A DNA stretch of 64,000 nt, from contig CAVOGR010000007.1 in assembly GCA_963695555.1 (NCBI GenBank), forward strand, positions 320,001 through 384,000. Reading direction: 5' to 3'. The notes below the pieces were generated by a model. The model searched no databases, had not been told where the DNA came from, and was given only the letters and a program-made list of their open reading frames with translations. The DNA is from an uncultured Gemmatimonadales bacterium. GTDB lineage: Bacteria; Gemmatimonadota; Gemmatimonadetes; Gemmatimonadales; GWC2-71-9. Of the stretch, positions 17,990 to 28,404 are shown one piece after another (the stretch's first letter is position 1; every line of letters begins with the position of its first letter). Position numbers and translations under genes: made by a program.

Positions 17990-19540
17990 ATGCACGTAGC
18001 CACGAAGTCTCTTGGTCTCCTCGCCGCCGTTGTGGCGGGCACCGCGGCACCACTCTTTTCGCAGATGGCCTCTCCGGCTCCGATCCGCAAGGCTGCGGAG
18101 ACGATTACCGCCGAGGACTTGCATGGCCGGCTCGCCATCATCGCCGACGACTCCATGATGGGTCGGGCCACGCCGAGCCCGGGCCTGGAGATGACGGCGC
18201 AATATGTGGCGGATCAATTCAAGCGATTCGGGCTCACGCCGGGCGGGGAGAACGGCACGTGGTTCCAGCGCTATCCGCTCGAACAGCGCGTGACGGTCGT
18301 CGAGCAATCCCATGTTGGCTTCATGGCCGGCGGCCAGCACGTGCACGCCGACTTCATCAAGGATGCTCGGGTGCTGCGCGGCCCCAGTGCTCCCGGCGAG
18401 GTCAAGGGTGAGGTGTACGTGATCGGCGGTTCGATCGACGCCGGCAAAATCGATGCGGCGATGGCGGCGGGCAAGATCGTCGTGGTGGTCACGGACTATT
18501 CGAAGGGCGTACGGAATGCCAGGGTACAGATGTTCCGGGTGGCCGGCGCACTTCGGAACGCGGCGCCGAAGGGAATCGTCCTCCTGGCAAATCAGGATGC
18601 CGCCGATTTTGCCCGCGAGGCGGCGGAGCAAGCTCGCCCCTCGGTCAGCCTGCCGTCGCCCCGCGGACCCGCCTCCGGATTCCCTGTCGTCGAGGTCCAC
18701 GACCGCGCGGTGGGGTCAATCTTGAAGGCCGCGGGAGTGGATCTCAGCGCCATACGGTCGGCCGACCACACCGTGGCGCGCGTGGTCGCGGGACTGACGG
18801 CTGGCATCGACGTCCAACAGCGATCGGAACCCACCTCCGCCCCGAACACCATCGGCATTCTCGAGGGCACCGATCCCACGCTGAAGCAGGAATACCTGGT
18901 TTACTCGGCGCACATGGACCATACCGGCATCACGCCGGGCGAGGTGGACAGCATCAACAATGGTGCGGATGACGACGGCTCCGGCACCGTGACCGTCGTC
19001 GAGCTGGCCGAAGCGTTCAGCCAGCCCGGTGCGCGGCCCAAGCGGTCGATCGTGTTCATCACGGTGAGCGGCGAAGAGCGGGGGCTCTGGGGCAGCCGGT
19101 ACTTCTCCGAGCATCCCACCGTACCGCTCGACCGGATGGTGGCCAACCTCAATATCGACATGGTCGGCCGCAACTGGACCGACACGGTGGTGGCGATCGG
19201 GAAGGAGCACTCCGATTTGGGGGCGACGCTGGCTCGGGTCAACGCGCGTCATCCCGAGCTCAACATGACCGCCATCGATGATATCTGGCCGGAGGAGAAC
19301 TTCTACAGCCGATCCGATCACTTCAATTTTGCCCGCAAGGGAGTTCCGGTACTCTTCTTCTTCACCGGGGTACACGCGGACTACCACCGGGTCAGTGACG
19401 AGGTCGACAAGATCGACTCGGAGAAGATGGCACGCATCGGCCGGCTCCTGTTCTACCTCGGACAGGACATCGCCAACGCGCCAGAGCGCCCGGTATGGAA
19501 TCCGGAGAGCTACAAGAAGATCGTTCAGACGGACAACTAG
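17990..19540 (+). CDS. M28 family exported metallo-aminopeptidase
   Basis: SAHMDH, NNGADDDGSG, SGEERGLWGS, NIDMVG, RSDHFNF, DYHRVSD. Confidence 0.93.
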   Translation: MHVATKSLGLLAAVVAGTAAPLFSQMASPAPIRKAAETITAEDLHGRLAIIADDSMMGRATPSPGLEMTAQYVADQFKRFGLTPGGENGTWFQRYPLEQRVTVVEQSHVGFMAGGQHVHADFIKDARVLRGPSAPGEVKGEVYVIGGSIDAGKIDAAMAAGKIVVVVTDYSKGVRNARVQMFRVAGALRNAAPKGIVLLANQDAADFAREAAEQARPSVSLPSPRGPASGFPVVEVHDRAVGSILKAAGVDLSAIRSADHTVARVVAGLTAGIDVQQRSEPTSAPNTIGILEGTDPTLKQEYLVYSAHMDHTGITPGEVDSINNGADDDGSGTVTVVELAEAFSQPGARPKRSIVFITVSGEERGLWGSRYFSEHPTVPLDRMVANLNIDMVGRNWTDTVVAIGKEHSDLGATLARVNARHPELNMTAIDDIWPEENFYSRSDHFNFARKGVPVLFFFTGVHADYHRVSDEVDKIDSEKMARIGRLLFYLGQDIANAPERPVWNPESYKKIVQTDN

Positions 19541-19627
19541 CCACGGGTCCGGGGAGGGAGGCGCCGTCAGCGTCCCCTCCCTCGGCCGGTCCGCTCCCGC
19601 CCCCCCGTCACCACTATATTACCGGCC

Positions 19628-21427
19628 ATGCCACCGGCCGGGATTCGTAACTTCTGCATTGTCGCGCACATCGACCACGGGAAATCCACGCTTGCCGACC
19701 GCCTCATCGAGGCCACCGGCGCGGTCGAGAAGCGGCTCATGCGACAGCAGCTCCTCGATACCATGGACCTGGAGCGCGAGCGCGGCATCACCATCAAGCT
19801 GAACGCAGTCCGTATGGAGTACGCCGCGGATGACGGGCAGCGCTACGAACTCAACCTGATCGATACGCCGGGCCATGTCGACTTCACGTACGAGGTCTCC
19901 CGGTCGTTGGCTGCGTGTGAGGGGGCGGTCCTCGTCGTTGACGCGGCCCAAGGCGTGCAGGCACAGACCCTGAGCAACCTGTTTCTTGCGTTGGACGCGG
20001 ATCTCGAGATCATCCCGGTCCTTAACAAGATCGACCTCCCCAGCGCCGAGGTCGAGCTACGCATGGAAGAGCTCAGCGAACTCCTGGGCGTCGCGCCGGA
20101 GGACATCCTGCAGGTGTCGGCCAAAGAAGGCACCGGCATTCACGAGCTGCTGCAGGCTATCGTGGCCCGCGTCCCCGCGCCGCGCGGGGACGCCGAGGCT
20201 CCACTTCGGGCCTTGATCTTCGATTCGTACTTCGATCGGTATCGCGGCGCCATCCCGAGCATCCGCGTAGTGGACGGCGTGCTCCGGAAAGGCCTGCGAA
20301 TCTGCTTCGGCGCCCACCCGGAGGACGTGTACGAAGTGGACGAGGTGGGGTATCTCCAGCTTGGCCAGCACAAGGCGCCCGAGTTGCGCGCCGGCGAGGT
20401 CGGTTATTTCGTCGCCAGCCTTCGCGATGTGCGGGACTCCAGAGTGGGCGATACCGTGTTTGACGCCGACCGCCGCGCGGCGAGCCTGCTCCCCGGCTAT
20501 CGCGACGTGCACTCCATGGTATTCGCCGGGCTGTACCCCACGGAATCCGATCAGTATGAAGCCCTGCGGGACGCCCTCGAGCGGCTAGCGCTCAACGACG
20601 CGAGTCTCCATTACGAGCCGGAAAGCTCCACTGCGCTCGGGTTCGGCTACCGGTGCGGCTTCCTCGGCCTATTGCACATGGAGATCGTCCAGGAACGGCT
20701 GCAACGTGAATTCGATCTGGATCTCATCACGACCGTCCCGACCGTGGAGTACCACGTGTTCCTCTCGAACGGCGAGCAGCTGGTCGTGGAGAACCCCACG
20801 CACCTGCCCGACCCGTCCCACATCGACCGGATCGAAGAGCCCTACGTCAAGGCCAGGATCATGGCCCCGAGCGAATACATCGGCGCGCTGATGCGACTGG
20901 GGCAGGAGCGGCGGGGCATCTACCTGGGTATGCGCTACGTCGATCCCGTGCGAGTGGAGTTCGATTGGGAGTTCCCGCTCGGGGAGATCGTCCTCGATTT
21001 CTATGACAAGCTCAAGTCCATCAGCCGAGGGTATGCGTCCCTGGATTACGAGCTCGCAGACTACCGGCCGGCGGACCTGGTCAAGCTCGACATGCTCATC
21101 AATACCGAGCAAGTCGACGCTTTCAGCATCATCATCCATCGCGAGAAGGCCTACGAGTGGGGTCGCAAGGTGGCCGAGAAGCTCAAGGAGCTCATTCCCC
21201 GGCAGCTGTACGCGGTGGCGATCCAAGCCGCCATCGGCCAGCGCATCATCGCGCGCGAGACGATCTCGGCCCTGCGCAAGGACGTGACGGCCAAGTGTTA
21301 CGGCGGCGACGTGACGCGAAAGCGCAAGCTTCTCGAGAAACAGAAGGAAGGGAAGAAGCGTATGAAGCAGCTCGGCTCGGTCGAGATTCCGCAGGAAGCG
21401 TTCCTCGCCGTGTTGCAGGTCGACTGA
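19628..21427 (+). CDS. lepA: Elongation factor 4
   Basis: [55 protein letters not shown]. Confidence 0.98.
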   Translation: MPPAGIRNFCIVAHIDHGKSTLADRLIEATGAVEKRLMRQQLLDTMDLERERGITIKLNAVRMEYAADDGQRYELNLIDTPGHVDFTYEVSRSLAACEGAVLVVDAAQGVQAQTLSNLFLALDADLEIIPVLNKIDLPSAEVELRMEELSELLGVAPEDILQVSAKEGTGIHELLQAIVARVPAPRGDAEAPLRALIFDSYFDRYRGAIPSIRVVDGVLRKGLRICFGAHPEDVYEVDEVGYLQLGQHKAPELRAGEVGYFVASLRDVRDSRVGDTVFDADRRAASLLPGYRDVHSMVFAGLYPTESDQYEALRDALERLALNDASLHYEPESSTALGFGYRCGFLGLLHMEIVQERLQREFDLDLITTVPTVEYHVFLSNGEQLVVENPTHLPDPSHIDRIEEPYVKARIMAPSEYIGALMRLGQERRGIYLGMRYVDPVRVEFDWEFPLGEIVLDFYDKLKSISRGYASLDYELADYRPADLVKLDMLINTEQVDAFSIIIHREKAYEWGRKVAEKLKELIPRQLYAVAIQAAIGQRIIARETISALRKDVTAKCYGGDVTRKRKLLEKQKEGKKRMKQLGSVEIPQEAFLAVLQVD

Positions 21428-21459
21428 TCCAGGAGACCTCCTCGGCGGCGGACGCGCAG

Positions 21460-22512
21460 GTGTCACCCGCCCGGATTCTGGTCGTCGGCCCTGCCTGGGT
21501 CGGTGACATGGTCATGGCCCAGAGTCTGTTCATGACGCTCAAGACCCGGTTCCCCGGCGTCGCGATCGATGTGCTTGCGCCCCGCTGGTCCTTGCCCGTC
21601 CTGACCCGCATGCCCGAGGTGAGACGATCCGTGGAGATGACCGCTGGGCCGGGCCAGCTCGGACTCATAGCACGCGTTCGACTTGCGCACGCTTTACGCC
21701 GGGAGCGCTACGATCAGGCCATTGTCCTCCCACGCACCGTCAAGGCGGCGCTGACCCCGCTCTTCGCACGCATACCGCGACGCACCGGGTATCGCGGGGA
21801 AATGCGCTACGGACTCCTCAACGATATTCGCACGTTGGATACGAGCGTGTTACCTGGGACCGTGCAGCGGTACGTTGCCTTGGGGCTCCCGGCCGATACG
21901 CCGATGCCACCGGCGATCCCGCTTCCGAAACTGACGGTGCGGTCCGATAACCAGCAGGATCTGATGCAACGGCTCGGACTCGACCTCGAGCGCCCGGTGA
22001 TCCTCTTGACCCCCGGAGCCGAGTTCGGTCCATCCAGACGCTGGCCCATCGAGTATTTCTCGGCTTTGGCGCAACGCCTGATGGCCATAGGTTTTCAAGT
22101 GTGGGTTGACGGATCGCCCAAGGAACAGAGTCTGGGAGAGCACATTCGTCAGACCGCCGACTGCGGCGTGATCAATTTGTGTGGTCGCACGAGCCTCGAG
22201 GACGCGATCGATCTGGCGGCGTTGGCCGCCAAGGTGGTCAGTAACGACTCAGGACTGATGCACATCGCGAGCGCGGTCGGGACGCCGGTCATCGGTTTGT
22301 TTGGCCCCACACCGATAACTCTGGCCCCGCCGCTCACCCCTCATCGGCAGCTGTTTTTCCTTGACTTGCCGTGCAGCCCGTGTCATAAGCGGGAGTGCCC
22401 CCTGGGGCACCACAAGTGCATGCGGGACATTGACGTGGATGCGGTGTTTCGGGCCTGTGCCGATGACGCAGGATTGCGGGCGGTGGCCCGGAGAGAGGAA
22501 ACCGGCGGATGA
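21460..22512 (+). CDS. waaF: Lipopolysaccharide heptosyltransferase II (GT9)
   Basis: ILVVGPAWVGDMVMAQSL, RMPEV, RRTGYRGEMRYGLLND, PGAEFGPSRRWP, SNDSGLMH, CPLGHHKCM. Confidence 0.9.
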   Translation: MSPARILVVGPAWVGDMVMAQSLFMTLKTRFPGVAIDVLAPRWSLPVLTRMPEVRRSVEMTAGPGQLGLIARVRLAHALRRERYDQAIVLPRTVKAALTPLFARIPRRTGYRGEMRYGLLNDIRTLDTSVLPGTVQRYVALGLPADTPMPPAIPLPKLTVRSDNQQDLMQRLGLDLERPVILLTPGAEFGPSRRWPIEYFSALAQRLMAIGFQVWVDGSPKEQSLGEHIRQTADCGVINLCGRTSLEDAIDLAALAAKVVSNDSGLMHIASAVGTPVIGLFGPTPITLAPPLTPHRQLFFLDLPCSPCHKRECPLGHHKCMRDIDVDAVFRACADDAGLRAVARREETGG

Positions 22513-22916
22513 GCAGCGTACAGATACCAGTCGCTGTCGGGGAGTTGATCGACAAGATCACGATCTTGGAAATCAAGGCGGCACGCATCACCGAGCCCGG
22601 GAAGCTCGCGAATGTCAGGCGAGAGCTTGGGCTCCTGCGAGAAGCCTGGCACAGCCAGCCGCAGGCACCCGCCGATCTCGAAGACCTCCGGGACGCGCTC
22701 AAGGCCCTGAATCTGCGCCTGTGGGATATCGAGGACGCGCTGCGTACGAAGGAGCATCGCCGTGAATTCGATGCACAGTTCATTGAGCTGGCGCGCTCGG
22801 TGTATCTCACCAACGATGAGCGCAGCGCGCTCAAGCGGAAGATCAACGCGGTCACCGGCTCGGTCCTCATCGAAGAAAAATCGTACACCGCCTATCAATC
22901 CCCGGCCGCCGACTAA
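22509..22916 (+). CDS. DUF6165-family protein
   Basis: PVAVGELIDKITILEIK, LWDIED, ARSVYLTNDER, IEEKSY. Confidence 0.85.
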   Translation: MSSVQIPVAVGELIDKITILEIKAARITEPGKLANVRRELGLLREAWHSQPQAPADLEDLRDALKALNLRLWDIEDALRTKEHRREFDAQFIELARSVYLTNDERSALKRKINAVTGSVLIEEKSYTAYQSPAAD

Positions 22917-23048
22917 TGCGGCCGGAGCGTGGATCGAAGAGCGGGTTGCGGAATCACCCTGGCGGCCGGTGGAGCGACGGTCCCGGAAATGTTATCGTGG
23001 GAGACCCCACGTGGCCGTTGCAGCAACTCGAAGTGCGGGGAGGATCCG

Positions 23049-24047
23049 GTGCAATACGTCGTAGGCATTGATATCGGCGGCACGAATCTCGTCGTCGGCT
23101 GTGTCGCGGAGGACGGATCGGCGCTGCACGGCCTCAATCGTGAGCCGACTCGATCGGAAGAAGGCCCGGACGCCGTGGTCCACCGCCTCATCGGCCTGGC
23201 CCAACGTGCGATGGAGCAAACGGCGCAGGTCGATTCCACCGTGACATTTGCCGGCCTGGGGGTCGGCTCGCCCGGCCCGCTCGATACCAAGACCGGCACC
23301 GTGCTGTCGACCCCGAACCTCGGCTGGACCGACATGCCGCTCAGGGCGCGCTTGCAACAGGGTCTTGGCCTTCACACCGAGCTCGACAACGACGCCAACT
23401 GCGCGACACTCGGGGAGTGGTGGCAGGGCGCCGCGCAGGGAAGCCGGCACGTGCTCGGCCTCACGATCGGCACCGGCATTGGCGGAGGCATCCTGCTCGA
23501 CGGCGAGATCTACCACGGCGCCGGCGATACCGCCGGCGAGTTCGGCCACGCGAGCATCGAGGCGGACGGACGGCGGTGCAAGTGCGGCAACTACGGATGC
23601 CTCGAGGCATACGCGTCAGGACCGGCCATTGCGCACCGCGCCATCGAAGCCATTGAAGCCGGCGTGGAGAGCACCTTGCCCGAATATGTGAGCAACCATC
23701 TCGGACGGGTCTCCGCCGAGACCGTCTATCAGGCGGCGAAAGACGGCGACGAGCTGGCGCTCGAAGTGGTGCACGAAACCGCTCGCCTGCTCGGGGTTGG
23801 CGTTGCGAACCTGGTCAACATTTTCAATCCGGAAGTCGTCGTGGTGTGCGGCGGAGTGACCTTGGCCGGCGACCGCCTCTTCACCCCCCTCCGGCGAGAG
23901 GTGAATCGCCGGGCCTTCAAGCCGAGCACGCGGATCTGCCGCATCGTCCCGGGCGAGCTGCCTGGCACGGCCGGGGTGTACGGGGCAACCAAAATGTATT
24001 TGCAGCGGCGGCAATCGCATCGTGGCGGAAGCGGAGCACATGCCTAG
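23049..24047 (+). CDS. ROK family sugar kinase (glucokinase-like)
   Basis: GIDIGGT, DNDANC, GTGIGGG, GEFGH, CKCGNYGCLEAYASG. Confidence 0.93.
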   Translation: MQYVVGIDIGGTNLVVGCVAEDGSALHGLNREPTRSEEGPDAVVHRLIGLAQRAMEQTAQVDSTVTFAGLGVGSPGPLDTKTGTVLSTPNLGWTDMPLRARLQQGLGLHTELDNDANCATLGEWWQGAAQGSRHVLGLTIGTGIGGGILLDGEIYHGAGDTAGEFGHASIEADGRRCKCGNYGCLEAYASGPAIAHRAIEAIEAGVESTLPEYVSNHLGRVSAETVYQAAKDGDELALEVVHETARLLGVGVANLVNIFNPEVVVVCGGVTLAGDRLFTPLRREVNRRAFKPSTRICRIVPGELPGTAGVYGATKMYLQRRQSHRGGSGAHA

Positions 24048-25005
24048 GCTCGGGGTGATCGGGTCGCTAGTGTGGGACGTCATCCACGGGCGCGACACCG
24101 CGGCGCCGCCGGTCGAAGAGTGGGGTGGCGTCGCCTATGCCCTGGCCGGATTGGATGCCACGCTGGGGCCCGACTGGGAAATCGTCCCACTGATCAAGGT
24201 CGGTTCCGATGTCCGGGAGGCGGCGGGGAGGTTCCTGCGGAGTCTGCAACGGGTAGCGTCACACAGCCGCTTCATTGAAGTCCCCGTGCCCAACAACCGA
24301 GTCGTGTTGCGCTACGAAAAGGGCGAGCGGCGGTGTGAGCGCATGGCGGGAGGCGTGCCCGCGTGGACGTGGGGCGATCTCGGGCCGATGGTCCGCGACC
24401 TCGATGCACTGTACATCAACTTCATTTCCGGATTCGAACTCTGCCTGGGAACCGCGCAGGCTTTGCGCCACGGGTTTCGGGGTCCGATCTACGCCGATCT
24501 CCACAGCCTCTTCCTCGGCATGGGCCACGATGGCGTGCGCACCCTGCGTCCGCTGCCCGACGCACCGGCATGGTTCGGGTGCTTCGACGTCGTGCAACTG
24601 AACGAGGGGGAGCTGCGCCAACTGTCGTCGGACCCGTTGGCGCTCGCGGCCGAGATGCTCGGCGTCGGCGTGTCGCTGCTGGTGGTGACCCTCGGCCGGG
24701 ACGGGGCCGTCTATGTCGCCGCCCCTGGGTTCCAGAGTTTGGCCTCGCCCGGCTTGACCCGTACCTTAGGTGACACCGTGACCACTGCACGTATCGAGGC
24801 TCCCGCGGTTGACGCGCTCGATCCCACCGGGTGCGGCGACGTCTTTGGTGCCGCCTTGTGCGCGGGACTTCTCCAGGGTGTCGCGGTGGAGGCCGCAATC
24901 GCAGAGGCCAATCGATTGGCGGCCCGGAATGCGGCGTACCGTGGGGCCTCGAACCTATCCACGCACTTGCGTGGTGCGCTCGTGACCGCCCCGGAGACCA
25001 GATAA
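24040..25005 (+). CDS. PfkB-family carbohydrate kinase
   Basis: EEWGGVAYA, VQLNEGE, VTLGRDGA, DPTGCGDVFGA. Confidence 0.87.
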   Translation: MPRLGVIGSLVWDVIHGRDTAAPPVEEWGGVAYALAGLDATLGPDWEIVPLIKVGSDVREAAGRFLRSLQRVASHSRFIEVPVPNNRVVLRYEKGERRCERMAGGVPAWTWGDLGPMVRDLDALYINFISGFELCLGTAQALRHGFRGPIYADLHSLFLGMGHDGVRTLRPLPDAPAWFGCFDVVQLNEGELRQLSSDPLALAAEMLGVGVSLLVVTLGRDGAVYVAAPGFQSLASPGLTRTLGDTVTTARIEAPAVDALDPTGCGDVFGAALCAGLLQGVAVEAAIAEANRLAARNAAYRGASNLSTHLRGALVTAPETR

Positions 25006-25006
25006 C

Positions 25007-25909
25007 ATGACGCGCGTCGTGGAGATTCCCGTCTCCTTCGATGACAAGAGCTTCGACCAATTCGCCCAGGCGCACGGCGCATGGCCGCCGGAGGAGCGCG
25101 TCTTGTTCGACGCGCGCAGCGCGCAGTGGGCTTCGCCCTACGGCCTGATCGGCCTCTTGACCGCGGCCCAAGGCTTGACCGAGGCGGAGCGCGAACGGCC
25201 GCTGCTCACCGTTCCCACCAACACCGATGTGAGCCGCTATTGGGCCCGGGCGGGGTTCTTTGCGCATGCCGGGGATCTGTTCGAACTCCATGGCAAGGTG
25301 CCGCGGGTCAAACCCGCGGCAGAGTCGGACGTGCTGCTGACGGTGACGCCGGTTCGCGCGTCGGAGGACATCCATCACATCGTCGGCCGCATCCAAGAAC
25401 GTGCCTCGCACATCCTCCACGGCGAGCTCGGGATCGAGGCCAAGGCTACCATGGGATTCGCCATGGCCCTGTCGGAGGCCTGTCAGAACATCATCGAGCA
25501 TGCCGGCACGAGCGGCTGGGTGGCGGTGCACGCCTATTCCTGGCGCAAGCGGTTGGGGAAGCGCGTGGTGGTGATCGCGGTGAGTGACGCCGGCGTCGGG
25601 TTCCGTCGCTCGCTCGACGCCAGCCAGGGACGGCGCTACGGCGACCGCTGGGGAGACGGGCGGGCCCTGGAGGCCGCCCTGGTCCAAGGGGTGAGCCGGT
25701 TTCGGGACCCCGGGCGGGGCCAGGGACTCGCCGGCATCAAGCGCTATCTGTCGCGCTGGGACGGCAAGATCTCCATCCGGAGCGGGACGGCCCGGCTGTC
25801 GATTGTCCCGTCCTGGGATGATGACGTCCCCCTCCGCGAGGCATTACCTTATTTTCCTGGTTCCCAGGTGCAAATCGTCATTCCAGCCCAGGACCCCACG
25901 CGGCGATGA
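25007..25909 (+). CDS. GHKL/HATPase_c ATP-binding protein with STAS-like N-terminus (anti-sigma-like kinase)
   Basis: N box SEACQNIIEHAG, G1 box AVSDAGVGF, G2 box GRGQGL. No TM segment and no recognisable HisKA H-box. Confidence 0.75.
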   Translation: MTRVVEIPVSFDDKSFDQFAQAHGAWPPEERVLFDARSAQWASPYGLIGLLTAAQGLTEAERERPLLTVPTNTDVSRYWARAGFFAHAGDLFELHGKVPRVKPAAESDVLLTVTPVRASEDIHHIVGRIQERASHILHGELGIEAKATMGFAMALSEACQNIIEHAGTSGWVAVHAYSWRKRLGKRVVVIAVSDAGVGFRRSLDASQGRRYGDRWGDGRALEAALVQGVSRFRDPGRGQGLAGIKRYLSRWDGKISIRSGTARLSIVPSWDDDVPLREALPYFPGSQVQIVIPAQDPTRR

Positions 25910-26448
25910 TCCAGACCATCCACATGGGCCACGTGCTCCAGGAAGAGATCCGGACGCCGTATTGCGATCTCGTCACCCGGCCCACCGGAGCCGCGGTGCG
26001 TCATCGTATTCGAGCGGCCATGGCCGAGGCCAAGTGCCGCACCGCCCTGTTGGACTTCTCGTCGATCGGCTTGCTCGATTTCAGCTGTGCAGACGAAGTC
26101 GTGGCCAAGCTTCTGCGCGACCCGCCGGCGGACTGGCCCGACTTCGTCGTCTTGCACGGACTGAACGAGGCGCACCGCGACGCGATTCATCATGTGCTGG
26201 AGCATCAGGCGCTCGCGATCCTCGCGGTGATGCGAGTAGGCGGGTGTCCGGCCATCCTCGGACGGGTGGCGCCCGACGCCCGCACTGCGTTCGATCGCGT
26301 GGTCGCTCTGGCCCCGACCACCGCGAGGGCGGTCGCAGCAGCGCTCGCATGGCCGCTGGAGCGAACCCGCGAGGTGCTCGACACCCTTGCCCTGCACCGG
26401 CTGATCCGTGAAGACGCCGGACTGTACAGCCCACCGGGAGCCCCATGA
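25906..26448 (+). CDS. STAS-like (DUF4325-like) protein with putative C-terminal winged helix
   Basis: LVTRPTGAAVR, LLDFSSIGLLDFSCADEVVAKL, C-terminal TTARAVAAALAWPLERTREVLDTLALHRLI. Confidence 0.6.
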   Translation: MIQTIHMGHVLQEEIRTPYCDLVTRPTGAAVRHRIRAAMAEAKCRTALLDFSSIGLLDFSCADEVVAKLLRDPPADWPDFVVLHGLNEAHRDAIHHVLEHQALAILAVMRVGGCPAILGRVAPDARTAFDRVVALAPTTARAVAAALAWPLERTREVLDTLALHRLIREDAGLYSPPGAP

Positions 26449-27599
26449 CCCAACGCCAGCCTGGGCATTCCACCATCGCGATTCATGGCCTGCCGGTCCG
26501 GCGCCCTGACTGGACCCCGGTGGTCGAGCCCTTGATCCAGAGCAGCACCTTCATCAATCCCGTCGGTTCCGATGAAGAAGTGCTGTACAGCCGCTACGGG
26601 AACAATCCCAATCAAGTGCGGCTCGCCGCCAAGTACGCCTTGCTTGAAGGGGCGGAGGATGCCGTGTTCGTCGCGAGCGGCATGGGCGCCACCGCGCTGG
26701 CGCATCTTGCGGTGCTGCGTCCGGGCGATCACCTGATCTCGAGCGAGGTGATCTATGGTGGGACCCGTCAGCTGTTCGACACCGAGCTCAGCCGTTTCGA
26801 CATCAGCGTCACCTATGTGGATCCCACCAACCCCCGGGTCTGGCGCCGGGCGCTCCAGGATCGCACCCGTGCCCTCTTCGTCGAGACCCCGACCAATCCA
26901 CTGATGCGAGTCGTCAACCTCGGGCCGGTCGCCCAGCTGGCGAACGAGCATGGACTGGTGCTGCTAGTGGATTCGACCTTCGCCAGCCCGATCAATTTCC
27001 GCCCGCTCGAGCACGGCGCCGACCTCGTCATCACCAGCGCGACCAAGTATCTCAACGGACATAGCGACGTGATCGGCGGGGCCGTGGCCGGCACGCGGGA
27101 TCTGGTGGAGGAAGTGACCCGGCTCATGCGGCTCTGGGGTCAATCCATCGACCCCCACGCCGCCTGGCTCATCGAGCGCGGCATGCGGACACTGGCGGTT
27201 CGCATGGCCCGCCACAACGAGAACGCCCAGGCGGTGGCGGAATGGGCGGCGCAGCACCCGGGCTTTGCCGCCGTTCATTATCCCGGGCTCTCCACCCACC
27301 CCGATCACGCAATCGCCACGGCATGCCTGGACGGGTTCGGCGGGATGGTGGGACTCGAACTCGCCGATGGCGTGCATGGGGTCGCGCGTTTCCTCCGTCG
27401 GCTCAAGCTGATCACGCACGCGCCGAGCCTGGCAGGCGTCGAGAGCCTGATTTCGGAACCACGGTACACCTCGCACAAGCACGTGGGCGCCGCGGCGCGC
27501 GCTGACATGGGGATCGCCGACGGGTTCCTGCGCGTGAGCTGCGGCATCGAAGACGTCGAGGATATCATCGCCGACCTCGAGCAGGCGCTCGAGCGGTAA
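26445..27599 (+). CDS. Cys/Met metabolism PLP-dependent enzyme (trans-sulfuration family)
   Basis: YSRYGNNP, ASGMGA, ETPTNP, DSTFASP, SATKYLNGHSDV, SLAGVESL. Confidence 0.92.
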   Translation: MTQRQPGHSTIAIHGLPVRRPDWTPVVEPLIQSSTFINPVGSDEEVLYSRYGNNPNQVRLAAKYALLEGAEDAVFVASGMGATALAHLAVLRPGDHLISSEVIYGGTRQLFDTELSRFDISVTYVDPTNPRVWRRALQDRTRALFVETPTNPLMRVVNLGPVAQLANEHGLVLLVDSTFASPINFRPLEHGADLVITSATKYLNGHSDVIGGAVAGTRDLVEEVTRLMRLWGQSIDPHAAWLIERGMRTLAVRMARHNENAQAVAEWAAQHPGFAAVHYPGLSTHPDHAIATACLDGFGGMVGLELADGVHGVARFLRRLKLITHAPSLAGVESLISEPRYTSHKHVGAAARADMGIADGFLRVSCGIEDVEDIIADLEQALER

Positions 27600-27675
27600 C
27601 CTGCGCGCGGGCGGCCCGGCGGCCCGCAGGGCGCCATCTCCCCGCCCGGTGGTGTATCTATCTCCGCATACTCCT

Positions 27676-27705
27676 TTGACTTACCCCGGGGAACTCCCCT
27701 ATCTT
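27676..27705 (+). promoter_or_regulatory. sigma70 promoter of ftsE (likely leaderless)
   Basis: TTGACT-N18-TATCTT, ending 6 nt before GTG 27712. No SD. Confidence 0.55.
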
Positions 27706-27711
27706 CACGCC

Positions 27712-28404
27712 GTGATCAGGTTCAATCACGTCTCGAAGGCTTTTGCGAAGGGGGAGTCGGCCCTCCTCGACGTCTCGTTTCGCGTCGCGAAGGGTGAATT
27801 CGTCTTCCTGACCGGGCATTCCGGGGCAGGCAAGTCCACGATCCTCCGGCTGATCTACGGCGAGTTGAGCCCCACCAACGGCGACATTCACGTCTTGGGG
27901 TTCTCGCTTCCCAACATTACAGCACGAGAGATCCCCCGATTACGCCGGCGATTGGGCATTGTCTTTCAGGATTTCCGGCTCCTCGAGGATCGGACGGCCG
28001 AGGAGAACGTGGCATTTGCACTCGAAGTGACGCGGGCCCGGCCGGACAGCATCGCGTCGCGGACCAGCCGGGTACTGACCCAGGTCGGCTTGGCCGCCAA
28101 AATGCACGCCCTCCCGAATGAGCTCTCGGGAGGAGAGCAGCAACGTGTGGCCATTGCCCGCGCCCTGGTGCTCGACCCGCCCATCCTCCTGGCCGACGAG
28201 CCAACCGGCAACCTCGACGAGCGGGCCATGCGCGGTGTCTTTCAACTTCTGCGAGACATCAACGCCGGAGGAACGGCCGTGGTCATGGCCACCCACAATC
28301 TCGATCTGGTTCGTGGGACCAACAACCGCACCATCGAGCTGCGACGCGGCGAGGTGGTCTATGACAGCGCCGTGGAAACCGGGCAGCGGGAGGGTCTCGC
28401 ATGA
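27712..28404 (+). CDS. ftsE: Cell division ATP-binding protein
   Basis: [37 protein letters not shown], followed by ftsX. Confidence 0.95.
   Translation: MIRFNHVSKAFAKGESALLDVSFRVAKGEFVFLTGHSGAGKSTILRLIYGELSPTNGDIHVLGFSLPNITAREIPRLRRRLGIVFQDFRLLEDRTAEENVAFALEVTRARPDSIASRTSRVLTQVGLAAKMHALPNELSGGEQQRVAIARALVLDPPILLADEPTGNLDERAMRGVFQLLRDINAGGTAVVMATHNLDLVRGTNNRTIELRRGEVVYDSAVETGQREGLA

Noticed and set aside
21157..21459. N-terminal extension of waaF overlapping lepA, suggesting a frameshift fusion
   Set aside because: lepA ends normally at 21427, WaaF similarity starts at about 21460, and no slippery site is evident.
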